Made by a program: the position numbers and the translations under genes | Notes under the pieces: generated by a model | The model's database searches: none | Told to the model about the DNA's origin: nothing | What the model saw: the letters and a program-made list of their open reading frames with translations, nothing else | In this document: positions 32,521 to 47,002 of the stretch, piece by piece | Layout: each line of letters begins with the position of its first letter | How positions within the stretch are numbered: position 1 is the first letter of the stretch | Source: Utricularia gibba | Taxonomy: Eukaryota > Plantae > Magnoliophyta | Length of the DNA stretch: 64,000 nucleotides | Reading direction: 5' to 3' | NCBI GenBank assembly: GCA_002189035.1 | Contig: NEEC01000017.1 | Span: forward strand, 2,356,001 to 2,420,000

Positions 32521-33460
32521 ATGGCCTCCAACTCTGGACTTGCGATCGTCGGGAAGCGTTTCGTCCCTCGGATCCGGCCCTTCCTCTCCCTCAGGTTCTA
32601 CTTTGAGTGTGTTGCTATGTCGCTTCTACTGTTTCGTGTGCAGCTCGATCATCGTTCACGATCTCATCTTCTCAACTGTTTCTCGTCGGAGAATTGATGA
32701 TTCTGTGTAGTAATTGGACGAAGTATCGCGTACTCGTATCTGAATATTTTTTTTGTTTTTTTATTCGCCTGGAGTTGAATCGTCATAATCTGTAGTTAGT
32801 TAGATCTCGAGGTTTCTTGAAAATCGCTGGCGTTTGCTTCTGCATCGGCGTTTGTTGAACTAGACTAAGGATTTTTGAGGTGCATTGGATCTGGAGTGAT
32901 TTTTGTGGGCCTGATGCTTATCTTACTTTAGTACAAAGCAGAGACTTTTTTAGGTGGATCTCACTCATTCCCTCTCCCTTTCTACAGCTTATTCGGATAT
33001 TTGTGATTTTTTTCGAACTTTTGGTGAGATGTCTTTGTTCGAAGTTGATAAGCAGCGATTGATAATGACATGAAGATGTAGGCTTAATGTAATCACAAGA
33101 GCGAAAATCACAGTCGTCAAGGAAGCAGCTACATCTCTGTGTTTGTGTTCTCTGGATTCCGCTGATGAAGGCGGAGTATGTATTCACGGTGATTGATGTT
33201 ATGGATGCAGGAGGGGAGTTCATGTTTCGGTGTACGACAAGAACGTAGAGGAGCAGCACTCGAGCGTAGTCCCGGATGAAGTGATTCCTCCCCAGCCGGA
33301 AAATTACTGGGCTCCTCACCCTCAGACCGGAGTCTTCGGTCCGGCCACTGATCAGAAACCAGCCTCTGGCAGCACCAACGGCCCCGCTGCCGCGCAGTCG
33401 GTGCTCGAGCAGAAAGCCTTCTTCCGTTCCGTGGAGGACTTGGACAAGCCCGCCATCTAG
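32521..33460 (+). CDS. Small LEA-like protein (At5g17165 type), 2 exons (32521-32594, 33211-33460)
   Basis: Spliced product MASNSGLAIVGKRFVPRIRPFLSLRRGVHVSVYDKNVEE...YWAPHPQTGVFGPA...SVLEQKAFFRSVEDLDKP; GT-AG intron in the correct phase. Confidence 0.85.
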
Positions 33461-33947
33461 AGCAGCACCCCTCCGCTACCACTACTACTGCTACTACTAC
33501 ATAAATAAGATACTGTGCCGCAGATCGTGCTGAGGCAGTTGATGTGTTAAGATGTGCAAGTATTGTGAGTGGACCAGGAGTTGGTATCCCAGACACCACA
33601 CTTCTTCTCCCAAGCAAATCTTGACTCTTCTCAGAAAAATCAGTTACCAGAATTTGACCAATTCTGGTTCTTTTTTATCAACATTGGCGAGAGGACAAAA
33701 CAACACAAACTGGGTCGCAGGTGGAAAAAATGAAAAAGGAATTACTGCATGCACATAATAAAACACACATGCACAACGAAGGAAACCAATGAGGGGGGAG
33801 GCATGTGAATGATTACAGAAAACTACCGTGGAGTGGAGTCGTCTGAACCTTTCCCTTTATTCGCCAACGGCGCCATCAGCAGCAGCCGGTGCGGCTGATA
33901 CCCCGGTGCAAGAAGCCATGAGCGGTGACACGATCAGGCTGTAGGCT

Positions 33948-36543
33948 TCACAGTGGCTGGGGTTCGGATTCTGCTGGTGCAAGTTGGGCGTGGCTTTGGG
34001 TTCTCTCAGCATGGTGAAATTTGACAACTATGCAGGTGATATTATCTGCACTACCATGGCTGAATGCAGTCTCTGTCAACTTTCGGGCCGCCATTTCCGC
34101 GTCTTCCTCGCCCTGTCCAATCAGAACAGCTTCCTGCAAGTGGTGTCAAAAAATGCAGTTGTGAGCCTGACAGCCTTCATCGGTTGTCTTGGCTTTCTGT
34201 TCTATGGTAGATGGATGTCAGAGAACACTCCAAAAGTTTTTTCAGCAGCAAACATGGAAGTTTACTAGCATAAGGCTACATTCTAAGATAGTATTCAGAC
34301 ATTGTGAACTCTCGGGAGGCAGATTGATGTACTGGGAGGGAACCAGAGATAGCACCATCCCATGATACGATGGGATGAAATAATGCAAAAAATCCAATGA
34401 TGGAAAACTTTCCAAAAAGGAGCAGGCACAATGAGTATCAGACACTATAGTACCTCATTGGGTACAACATCCCACAGCCCATCACTGGCAAGTACAAGCA
34501 GTTCAAGATCCTGGTCAACCTCCTGTTCCTGTAGGATACAAAAAATAACATGATAAACTTCAGGAATAGTGCCTACATTACTAGAGACTCAAATCACCTG
34601 GATCTCAGGCTCAGCTACGACAAACTGCTTAAGCATTCGATTTCCAAAAGCACGAGACATAGCCAGGACACCTCCAACCCTCCATGTGCCTGAAACCATA
34701 GCATGCGTATATACATCTATATAAGTACAGACATGCAAACCGTAGCACATGGAAAGCCAAACCTGCCCACATCACAACACCTCCTGCATTTTCAATCCTC
34801 TTCCGCTCATCAATCCTATTTGGTTTATGATCCTCAGAGAGTGGAATTGCTGTCAAGTAGCCAGACAGGTGAGTAACTAGAACATCATATCTGATTACAA
34901 GAAATATTCAGTGGTAAATTCCAACTAAAATTCTGAAGTCTCATGTCAGCACATAAATTCTAGCACAACAAGCAATAGATATTAAGGATTTGTATTTTTC
35001 CAGTCAGAACTAACGGGAAGAAATATAATTAGTTTAAAGAGAAACTAAAAGACTATGTGATAATGGATAAAAGTGTGCATTATCGAGCTTAAGTATGTTA
35101 GATCAGTTAAAAGAACGCAATGTATTTGTACCTTTCCCGGTCTTAGACATGATAGTTCGGGAGTCCCCAACATTAGCAACATATAGGTGATTGCCGACAA
35201 GAACTGCTGTTGAAGCGGTTGAACCATCATCACGTAAGGTATCCTTTTCCGATTCCAAAAACGCCCTATCAGTCTGCTGATAAGTATCACCTGAAGTACT
35301 TTATCAGTGAGTCTGGATCAACATCAAGAGGGAAATAGCGAAAACATTTTAGATATCAAGACTTGTTGCCCCAAGTACCACTGCTACTAGATTCACACAT
35401 GTAAATATAGTAGTGCACTGCACAAAATCGAGAGCACCTGCCTAGATCAATCGTAGGGGATCAAAACTAAAGTGCAGCATATTAAGACTAACAAGTAATC
35501 CATTTAGTGCAATCCACCAATGATTTGTTAAACCGCATAAACAGAATCATGGATATCATTGTATGATGCCTTGAAGGCTAATTAAGAAAGGAAAACAAGA
35601 ACGTTTTCCATTTAAACAAACACTGACGAAAACTAGGGATCCACTCACTGATGGCCAACTTTGTATTTGAAATGAAATTTGGGTGTTTCATGAGATTATC
35701 AAAAAGGTGTTCCTTCAAGTATTCTGCCGCACGAGAGCCACCATGACCTGTATAAAGATGAAAACAATAAATTGCGGATGTTTATGCATCCCAGTAACTG
35801 CATTCCAGTTCATTTGACTGTCATCAGCAGATTTATTCAACGCATGCATGTTTTAAACTCTTGAATCTTTTTTGGTCATTGCATATTAAGCTGCAATAAC
35901 GGTTCATATGGCACAAACATACCATCAAAAATTCCAAAGAGGCAAACTGGCTGCCCATCGATTTCAGAGAACTTTATGTCAAAAAAATCCTCCATGGTAG
36001 CTCGCTTCCCTTTGAAACTGGAATAGCCACAACTTGGCCTTCCATATTCCCTGCCAGAAAAGCATTTGCGGTCAACTTCAGTTAATGTGGACAACATAAC
36101 AAACACAATACGAAGATATAATTCATGGCCTCTGTGATGCCAACACGCCGCATGCGAAGAGATCATTAAAAATAAAAGAAATATGAGCATAAAAAAGAAA
36201 ACTATTACTAACGAATAACATACACGTACAACCATCTAATAAAAAAAGAGTAGGAAACTGAATAACATACGGTTACATAATTAATTTCACAATTTCCTGA
36301 CCTCTTCCATCCCCCGCTTGAAAAGCCTCCAGCCGCATCCCTTTGCAGAATTAAGTCAGGCATGGACTCCTTTGCAGTAGAACCACAATCTACCATCATA
36401 CTTCTCGTTCTAAAGAAGATTCGATTCGTCCAATAAGCTACAAGGTTGGTAGGCTTTGAAGTCCCACAGACACAGACCGAATTCCCGACTTCAGCGTACC
36501 TCCCAATATATCCAGCCCAACGACTTGCAGATCTCAATAGCAT
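33948..36543 (-). CDS. Protein phosphatase 2C (clade F, At5g53140-like), 8 coding exons
   Basis: [46 protein letters not shown]-like, ASDGLWDV and [11 protein letters not shown] motifs. Confidence 0.93.
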
Positions 36544-37361
36544 CTAAAATGGCGCAGTTTGATCTCAAACCTGAATCTGACCAATTACCAACATAAACCA
36601 AGAACATAGAAGAAAGTCAGCCACCGCTTCTCTTCTCATGTTACACTGCGAAACCAGTGGAATTAAATGGTAACCAGTCATCACACCACTGGGGCACAGA
36701 ATTCCAAAAAACGTTATTTTAGCAAACTTTTAACAGAAACTACGAAAGGTCGCGCGGTACAGAAATAAAACATAAACAAAAAAGAAGACAGGAAGCGGAA
36801 TTCGATCACCATTTTAAGAGATTGGTCCATGATAATGAAAACCAATAATTTCACGTCAGACGACCACTGGAGCTCAAATTCGAAACATGAATCGTGTGAA
36901 ACACATGATCTCGGATGATGCGGGTCCATGGGATCGCATCACAGAACTAGATGAAACTTAAACTCATTTCACCCAAACCCTAAAAGTGGGTTGAGGGCAA
37001 GTGGATCGAAGGTGATGGATGTTACGAAACTGCTGAGAGCCAGTGGGAGGCCGAGAACAACCGCTGACACGTGGCACTACACGAAGAGTCTAATACTTCG
37101 TTCGTGCTGGTAGCCCATTAGGCTTACAAAGCCCATATACACTCGGCCAATATCGGCCCATGGGCTTCCATACACCGTGTTATCAAGCTGGATTTCCGGG
37201 TCGGGTTTGAAAATTGATCGGTTCGAAAAGGGCATCATGTCATCATCCTGCGCTATGATACCCGGACAGAGACTACGGTACGGACAAACGACACAGGGAC
37301 ATTGCAGCGTCTGGGTTGTAACAGTATCCGTGGATCATAGAAGCTAACAGTTGGATGATTT

Positions 37362-38772
37362 CTAAGTACAAAGATTAGGTACGCTGACTCCAGTGTCTGA
37401 ATTCTGCTGTTCCTTGGATATTCTTCCGGTGACTCTGAGCTTGAGCTCTTTCCTGTCGCCACCGGAGAAGAAAAGCGCCATGCTTCGTTGGATGATCAGG
37501 CCATCATGACTATCCCTCACCTTTCTGTGGCTGTCTCTAATGCTCCGTGGAGTACCTTCCCAGATGAGCTTCCTGCCGTTGCCACCAACCTCTAGACTGT
37601 AGGTGTAGTTGCGAGCTTCCACTTCGTCTCCCATAAAACGAAGAAATGCCATGTACACAGGGGCCATTCCAAGTTGAAATGCTTCAAAATGAAGGCAGAA
37701 ATATTGGCCAAAGCAGTTGAATACCTAGTGGAACAGAAGCAAAGAGTCAGATGGAGCAGCGGGATGCAAACCACTTCTACAAGGAGAAGTTAACTCACCG
37801 GTAAACACGCATTTTTTTAACTACACAACGTAACTATCAGAACTCCATAACCACAAAGGAAAAAGAGAAAACATATAACAAAGCAGCTGAGCCACAGGCA
37901 TATGGTAAATCGCTCCAGCCCCATTATTTCTCAAGTCACAGAGTACCATCATCAAAAGGCATATACAGGCAGCGAAGTACTCTCAGGATGCTCTAAGGTA
38001 CATCATATAAAGTAAAGAGGTAAACATGGCACTCACGGTTAACATCCATGTAGCATTTTCCACTTCACGAGGATTTGACTTAACATAGCGATGATTAAAT
38101 GTGCAGCCACTGTGCATGTCCACTTTATGGTCATCTCTTAAATGGGAAACAAGATAAGGAATGTTGCCAGTAACTGCACACTCTGATCCAGCGTAAGGAC
38201 AGCTATACGGCCTGAAATTGCAAATTGCCTCATGATTGAGCTTGCTGTAGTAAGGAAAAATTTCCAAGCAACCCAAGGAATAAAATTTGCAAGGTAGCTC
38301 TAGTGACTCTGCAACTTTTTCTAGAGCCAAACATCTAATATCCCCCAATTCTTGTCTGCAGGTAGGGCATCTATTATGCACCCTTGTCTTGCAATTTGCA
38401 CAAAGAGTGTGGCCGTTGGGACACTGAAAAAGAAAATCCAACCAGTCACTTCTTTATAAAAAGGTAAATTTTAAAATATGAAAACCAAATAAATACTAGT
38501 TCAGTAGAAAGGAATAAAAGAAGATGGGCATCGCAGACCTGATGAATTGGAGGGTACATGGAGTTCGTGCAAACAGGGCACTCCAGCAATTCATGGACGC
38601 CTTTTGGGGTAATTCCAGAGGAGACTAGCCTACGATGCTTCACAGAAAACTGTTGTGAGAGACCATTGGAGGTGCTATGAATGCTTGAGGACACCGGCGC
38701 CTGGATTTCCTCTTCGTCCATACCATCCGATAGCAAGACACTCTCAACACTTTCCAAATCCCTGGACGTCAT
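37362..38772 (-). CDS. SINAT: SINA-type RING E3 ubiquitin ligase (SINAT4/5-like), 3 coding exons
   Basis: LLECPVCTNSMYPPIHQ/CPNGHTLC...RCPTCRQELGDIRCLALEK, TRAF-like FNHRYVKSNP and LIWEGTPRSIRDSH. Confidence 0.95.
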
Positions 38773-40451
38773 ACCATTAAAAGCACCAAAAAAATCCCAA
38801 ATTCAAAGATCCAGCCAATCTGCAGAAAATACAAAATTCCCACTCCAATATTTGCGACCGATCCTGTGAATGAGAAACCCAGTTGCCAAGATTCGAAATT
38901 TAGAGCTACACGTCTCAGATTCGCGCTCGGGAAATCAGATCTTAAACATTACTGCAGGAGCAACGTGAATAGCTGAAAAGGGAGGCACCTTCACGCGTTC
39001 ATATCTCGAGATTTACGTTCCCACGGCATCAAACCTAGATCGTTAAACAAAATCCGAGACTTCCATTCCCCCAATCCTAATCAAAAGCTCAATTCCAAAC
39101 GAAAAAAGGGTTTCCACAGGCGGAGCAAACGGGAACCAGAATTCCCTTAACCTGAGAGCGGAGGCACATGACGCATACAACCACAGAATCCCCAATCAAT
39201 CAGGAAGAGAGAGGGATGAGGAGCATCGCAAGCTTTCAAATGACTGAACGCCGTTGGATCCGGAACCCACGGCGGATTAAAATATTAATAATATATTTGT
39301 TAATCATGCCAAGCGTGTATTAATAAAATCATCATCCAATTAATCAGTAATACCCAATTTCTTGAAAATGTGTTTACCCTCTCTTCCTGACGCGCCTACT
39401 CTGAAGCAGATTGATAAAGACGTCTTCGTGCTCGCGGTGGCGCCGCCATGGACCTCAACCACAAATATCGCCATTGCCCGATAGTGAGTGAAATGCTTCA
39501 CCATCACTACATTGTGCAAGATACATCTCGAAAGGTTCTTTACTCAGTACCCGATGCAGTTAGTCCCTCGTGCTCAACCCTTTTTACCTTTTCGTAGCAT
39601 AGCTTCCATAGTGGCCTGGATTGATGAAGACACTACTATAGTCGGCTGACGGGGCCGTTACCGAATCCCGGCAAATGGGTTGTCAAAATTCGGTAATTAA
39701 TATAGGGAAAATCATGGAAGATATATTTTTAAATTATTTTATTGTACCTCAGTAGGTAGGTTGCAGGTTTGTAACTGTATCCCGCCAGCTTACCGCATCA
39801 AACCTGCATCCAGAATATCCTAATAATTAATCGAATTAATATGATTAATCCAGAATATTTAACAATACTTACTGGAGGCCCTCCCCCCGGCCCCCCAAGG
39901 ACCTCCTAACACAACACCAACCAACCATGTTGCCTGAAAGATCATATGGTTCAAAGCACTAGTACGTGTCTCTCTGATATACGCAATACTTGTTCATCTT
40001 GTACCTAGCCGTGATATCCCAAAAACAGGACCAACATCGAATGGGGATTAGGGAGATTCTACATATTTAGTGCTGCATGATAGTCAATAATGGTGATTGG
40101 GAGAAGACAAAGAAGGGAATGGAGTAAAGCTCGAGAGGAGGATAAAGAAAGGCATTCCACAGGGGGGTACCAGCATTGACCTCGACAGGAGGCCAACCAC
40201 TGGAAGACTTTTATCGGCCATTTAAGGCAGCTATGATCTGACCTTAGACAAAAGAGCCAATGAACCGGAGAACCAAGCACCCTATGCAAGAAGAATAAGC
40301 TTTGATTCAGATTCGGCAAGCCAGCAGTAAAGGCAAGGCTTTAAGAGTGTGAGAGGTAAGAGGGCTATATAAGATAAGCTTGGGCCTTTGCGGTTACCTT
40401 CCCCCGTTCGCAGGAAAAAGTCAGATTTCAGTTGTCCCAAAGTTTTGGAAG

Positions 40452-41973
<1,522 letters not shown>

Positions 41974-42262
41974 CTCGCCGGGGTTTCTGATTGTAGAACT
42001 TCCCATTCAAGCTATCAGAATAAGCAACTCTGTAGCTTACCTGCAGTGTTTAGCATTCCCTCGAATCCTATGGAAGTATCTTAAGACATTTTATTCATAC
42101 ATTGCGACCAGTAGCTATAATCAATCCACTATTCTCTTCACAATTGCCCTTCCAAGTGCATACAAAAAGTGTTGCAGCCAAGGAGACAGAGTTACCGTAG
42201 ACCTGTGCTTTTGAAGCCGCATAGGCATCGCAGGAGAACCGGTTTTCCGTTGCATAAGCATG

Positions 42263-43772
42263 TCACCGTTTTCGAATCTTGATATTGAGGATCCACTCCA
42301 TCCCTGTTGGTTTTGGTATGGCGTTTGGAAGGCGAAGCGGGACCTTGTACTCGCCCAAGTTTGACAGAGGGGAAGGCAAATGCAAATTGTCAGGCTCAAT
42401 GTGCACCTGAAGCTGCCTAGCTACCTGCTTGTTGCGCAAACGAGAAAGGGGCGGTGATCCTGCTGTACCAGTAAACTAAAAACAAGAAAAACTCATGGAA
42501 AAGACTCTGCTCAGCTTGAAATACTTCAGCAGAGTCACACATGGTGGATGGTTGAATCCGGGGAAAGGCAGGTGATGTGATTGCAAAATTGTGAAAGACT
42601 GGGAGCCTCTAATCCTCGGAAATTGAATCTCCAACTTAAAATTGAGGAGAAATTTACCTCAGACATAATCTCTTCTTTTGTCACTGGTTCACGTAACTCC
42701 TCTCCCTTGCCCTCAATGATAAACTTTCTGAGAGTCTGAAAGAGACAGAACATAATCAAGACATGTGAAAAGCAAAATTGGGAATACTCTTAAACACCTT
42801 GTCATTATGTACCACCAGGAGGCCTTTGAATCAAAATGCATCATAGGAAAAAACCTAGTAACATGAATCAACTACCCAATATTTTGCCCATAACTTGCAG
42901 CAATCCTGAATCGGGTCAAAGTGCAAGGACTCGATTAAGTCAAGCTATCATAGGTTAAGCATCTCATTCAGAGAATAATGCTGATTATTTACATAACGGT
43001 TGGGAAAAGAAGTCAGCAAGCACTTCCATGATCTAATTCATGGGGCACCACAAAGCATCCAATAGCCAAGAGATGAACTACGGATCATATTAGGAATTGT
43101 GAGATTACGCGAAAAAGGCCAAAAGATGCTACCCAAGCACGTCAAATTATAAAGAAACAAGGGGCATGCTACGTTCAAAGAACAATATTTGCTTCATACA
43201 AGAAGTATTTACCAGCCGGGTACTACACAGACGGGCTGCTGCTGTTTCATATTCCTTGATGCTACTCCCCTCTGTTTTTGCAGCTACCTTAACTTCTTCG
43301 TCCTCCTTGGGAGGGTAAATCTGTTGAAATCCGCTCAAAAAATGAGTGAATCTCCTCCAATATACGCAAGGAATTTATTGGAATGAACAACCAAAACTTC
43401 TCTCAGGGTAATCGTGGATAGCAGAGAGTATAATTACCTTCCGCTGCTCGTCGATCAGATACCGAAACTTGTCGATATTTGGTAATGCAAGCATCTTCGG
43501 CATCAAATAGTTCCGGAAATAGCCAGGCGCTACCTTCACCGTTTCACCTGCTTTACCGAGCTTATCGATTGACTACATCACAACATACGCATAATTTTAG
43601 AATTCATATCCAGTGATTAACCAGGCTACGAGGCTAAAATTCGAAGGATGCATACCGTGGTGAGGATAACTTCCAACTTTCTCTTGTAACGAAGACCTTG
43701 GATCGCATGTAACAGCGGGTGCCGCATCGTGCTCCGCCCAAGGACATTTTTCCCAGAACTCATGAATGCCAT
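42263..43772 (-). CDS. RPL9: Organellar (likely mitochondrial) ribosomal protein L9, 5 exons
   Basis: RKLEVILTT/SIDKLGKAGETVKVAPGYFRNYLMPK (bL9 N-domain), preceded by an Arg-rich presequence; C-terminal LGEYKVPLRLP. Confidence 0.9.
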
Positions 43773-44289
43773 TTCTTCCACCAACGGAAACAAAAAGAAT
43801 GGTCGACTGGATGAAGGAAATACGATGGAAACCGCCAGAAGACGGCGGCGACGGTTAGGGTTCAGACGTTAGCACTACTTACCCCACGGCATCCGCAGGT
43901 AATACGCACGCGCTGGGCCTTGTATAGGCGCGGCGGTCCAACTATTTCTGGGCCAATCCGGTTGGAGCTCAACAGATTTAGGCCGGATGCGGCTCGTGGC
44001 CATATTTCTCGTTCCCCTTCCCATTCGCGGAGTCTTAACTTCAATGACTTCAACAAAGTCATAAACTTTAATTGAGTAGCTTGTAGCCGGGAGTGAAATC
44101 AGATTAGACGGTGCAGGAGTGAAGGTAAAGGAAACTAGGCATGGTATAGATCGAACACAAGGCATCATCAACTCATAAAAATCAGAGACAGAAACAGAAC
44201 AGAAGAATGGTGATCGTGAATCTTGACAAACAAAGCAGGAACAGTGGTGTCCTCCCCGGAGCAAAAAACACAATCTTCAATAGACAATC

Positions 44290-45134
44290 TTAGTAGCCTC
44301 CTTTGAGATCATTGACAACATCATAGGGAATAGGTGTCACGGTTTCCATGGTGGCTCCTTCGACCATAAACCCGGGTTTGGGTCCTTCTGGCTGCCTCTT
44401 GGTGCTGATGATCTTTCCTTCAGCTTTGGCTTCGGCCTTCAACTCATCATTTTTCCTTATCCTCTGCAGAAACTCCTCGTGGCACCTAGACGGCTGGACG
44501 TGCTCCACTCGGACATGGATCCTCTTCCTTATTATCCTATTCCCCACCTGCAATATTTGCAAAACTCCATCACTGAACATCAATGATGCAAAGCTCATAT
44601 GTTCGGCCATTCATTTAGACAAAGATACCAATCATAAAGGGGTTGAAGTCCATCTACACTTATCAAATGACCCGTGCAAATAACACAGACTTAAAGGTAT
44701 GCAATTCACAAACTTTCTCAGAATTTTCATTAGTCACACCCTAAAGACAAATTTGAACCAAGGAACATCAAATTACCCTATATTCTTCTATGCTGAACAA
44801 ACCCCAATTGCAAAAGAAGAAAAAGAAACCGGCCTAATTTGCAGCTAAAAACCACGTATGCAGCAATATATGCAAGAAAGCGGCAAAAATGACGTGCCTG
44901 TTTGTTGACTTCAACACCAACAGCCCTCTTAGTTACGTTCCATACACGACCTGTGCGGCCATGGTAGAACTTGTGAGGCATGCCCTTGTGGATGGAACCA
45001 TTAACCTTAACATCGACATAGTCTCCGATTTTGTAGACCCTCAAGTAGGTCGACAAATGAGTAGGACCCTTCTTACGGAAGGGCCGGGCAAATAGATCCC
45101 TCGTCCGCGACCTCAATCCGTGACCCGCCGGCAT
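44290..45134 (-). CDS. RPL21: 60S ribosomal protein L21 (eL21), 2 exons, GC-AG intron 44897-44548
   Basis: [15 protein letters not shown]...[18 protein letters not shown]...[21 protein letters not shown]...DLKGGY*. Confidence 0.97.
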
Positions 45135-45185
45135 TCTGATTCGTTGAGTCTCTTCCCGGTGGTGGAACAGAGGCGAAGTGAGAAT

Positions 45186-45255
45186 TAGGGTTATTTCAGT
45201 GAAAGAGGCCGCAAAATGAGCCATCTAAATTGGGCCATCCGAAAGCTTATGGGCT
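45186..45255 (-). promoter_or_regulatory. Telo-box and site II motifs of RPL21
   Basis: TAGGGTT at 45186-45192, TGGGCC at 45231 and TGGGCT at 45250. Confidence 0.65.
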
Positions 45256-45351
45256 AGGCCTATCAGATTCAAGGGCCTATATCGCATAAATCAATTATTT
45301 CAATATTTTTTATTTTCAATTAATTATGGGTAACATCAATATTGTGTCATT

Positions 45352-46494
45352 CTAACAGCATGATATTATTCCGAGATACAAAAGAGTCAATAGACTAGCA
45401 CTAGACCAGGTGCGCCGCCCTGCTCCGGTGGCTCCGCTTACTCTAAGTTCCACTGGTTTGAGAATTCCTATGTCATATATGGGCGTAAAATCACTCTCGA
45501 AGAGCCCGAAGTTCCTCTCGCAGGTCGGCCCCGGCTTAAGGTCTTCATTGAACAGCGCAAAAATGTACGTCTCGAATGTCCTGTTTGGCCGGAGGGGCGT
45601 CCCGATGCCGGAACTCACATGCCTCACCACCTTGAAGTTGTACTCCGCCGCCTTCTGCGCATCGAGCCCCACCTGCCCTTCGTCCCCTCTCGACGGCCAT
45701 CCCGTTTCCGCGATCACGATATCCACGTCGGGGAACCCGATGCGCGCCATCGCAAAAAACACTGCGTCCATCTGCGCGTCAAGCATGTTGGTGTAGGTGA
45801 GGTTGGTGCCTTGGTCGAGGAAGCCGGCGTTGGGCCGGAACAGAGCGTAGTCCAAGGTGTCCGTGTCGGTGCATTCGAGGTAGGGGTAGGGGTTGATCAT
45901 GAACGGGGAGCCCGAGTCGTTCAGGAACGCCAGAAGCGGTTGCAGGACGTGGACGTCGTAGCCCTCCCTGAACCTCCCCTGAGACGGGGGACTCGAGACG
46001 GAGAGTACGGCCAGTGCGTGGGTCGTGGAGACCTTGATCCTTCGGTCCAACGACTCGCTCACCAGCGCTTCGTGCAACGCGCGCATCGCGGGGACGAGGC
46101 TGGAGATCAGGACCCGGCTACCGCTGGAGATCACCTCGTTCCCGACGAGTATTCTGATCACATCGGTGTCGTGGGTGTACGGAATGATGCTGGATCTGAT
46201 CCATTGAAGGGCGGAGTCAGGGGTTATGAGCTGAGGGATCTGCTGGTTCGGCACAGTGACCATCACTTCGACTCCCGAGCCTCTGAATGCTGTTAACATG
46301 GTTGGGTTGGTGTTGAAGAAGCGGACACGATCGACCCGGGTGTATTCCGATAGAAATCGCGCCACCTCCGCCGCCGGGGGAAGGTTGCTGGCCAATGTGC
46401 CGTAGTTGATGCCGATGTGACTGACCTCAGCAACGCCTTGGGAGAAAAGAAGGAGCGGGGGGAATATGAGGAGACCGAGAAAAGGCTTCCCCAT
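45352..46494 (-). CDS. Glucan endo-1,3-beta-glucosidase (GH17), intronless, no X8 domain, hydrophobic GPI-like tail
   Basis: Signal peptide from Met at 46494, IGINYG, catalytic VGNEV and IAETGWPS, FMINPYPY, YIFALFNEDLKPGP. Confidence 0.92.
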   Translation of the reverse strand: MGKPFLGLLIFPPLLLFSQGVAEVSHIGINYGTLASNLPPAAEVARFLSEYTRVDRVRFFNTNPTMLTAFRGSGVEVMVTVPNQQIPQLITPDSALQWIRSSIIPYTHDTDVIRILVGNEVISSGSRVLISSLVPAMRALHEALVSESLDRRIKVSTTHALAVLSVSSPPSQGRFREGYDVHVLQPLLAFLNDSGSPFMINPYPYLECTDTDTLDYALFRPNAGFLDQGTNLTYTNMLDAQMDAVFFAMARIGFPDVDIVIAETGWPSRGDEGQVGLDAQKAAEYNFKVVRHVSSGIGTPLRPNRTFETYIFALFNEDLKPGPTCERNFGLFESDFTPIYDIGILKPVELRVSGATGAGRRTWSSASLLTLLYLGIISCC

Positions 46495-46971
46495 TGAAGA
46501 CGGAGAAGAGGCGACGGCCTGCGGAGTGATGGGGACATGATCTCCGGTGAGTGGAATGCTCTTCAAAAGTTGGTGTTCTTTCCTTGTGCCGGGAGACCAA
46601 GAATACCACATATTTCCCCCTTTTTTATTTTTTTAAAAATAAGAATATTATTTATTAATTTTTTAGATTAAAACTGATTATTAAATATTTTTGTATTATG
46701 AGCCCATTACAAGGTCATAATTAATTTAAAAATAATCAAAAAAATTTTCTTTCTTTTTAAAAATTAAATTACATTTATTTTGTCAAGTAATTGAGATATT
46801 GTAACCAAGCGACTGTGAATTCTGCTCACCGGGTTTGCAATTTCTGCAATGTGGAGCTTGATGGAGGATAAAGCTTAAATCTGATAATAATGGCGGAGTC
46901 AAAGAGGTTAGGACGCCAGCTCCCTGCATTACCCATTTACCATACTGGTTAAGAGCACCCCCAATTCTGAT

Positions 46972-47002
46972 TTTGCCGCGAAACTTGGGCTGTCGCGCCA
47001 AA
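46972..47002. promoter_or_regulatory. Cluster of three E2F sites upstream of ATXR6
   Basis: TTTGCCGC at 46972-46979 (+), TTTCGCGG at 46976-46983 (-) and TTTGGCGC at 46995-47002 (-); all fit TTTSSCGS. Confidence 0.75.

Noticed and set aside
32690-33200. TGATGA/CTGA pairs in the 616-nt LEA intron as possible C/D snoRNAs
   Set aside because: Box spacing is too short, with no terminal stem or recognisable rRNA guide.
39370-39660. GCCGCCATGG-initiated 49-aa ORF, and faint LURP-one-like DKDVFVLAVAP in another frame
   Set aside because: Similarity is too short to support, and there is no splice or domain context.
40020-40330. KKGIPQGVP on the plus strand resembles the RT PQG motif
   Set aside because: No YADD/FADD motif or other RT blocks nearby, and the frame closes within about 25 codons.
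45135-45224. In-frame upstream ATG extending RPL21 by 30 aa
   Set aside because: It lies among telo-box and site II promoter motifs, probably upstream of the TSS; eL21 normally starts MPAGH.
45410-46296. Long plus-strand ORFs (128 and 225 aa) opposite GH17; similar antisense ORFs opposite CYP89A, 4CL, OPR and the AIPP2 3' end
   Set aside because: Expected shadows of GC-rich coding sequence, with no domain signal.
46495-46611. 39-aa upstream extension of the GH17 ORF
   Set aside because: The signal peptide begins at Met 46494, and the first codon given is not a strong start.
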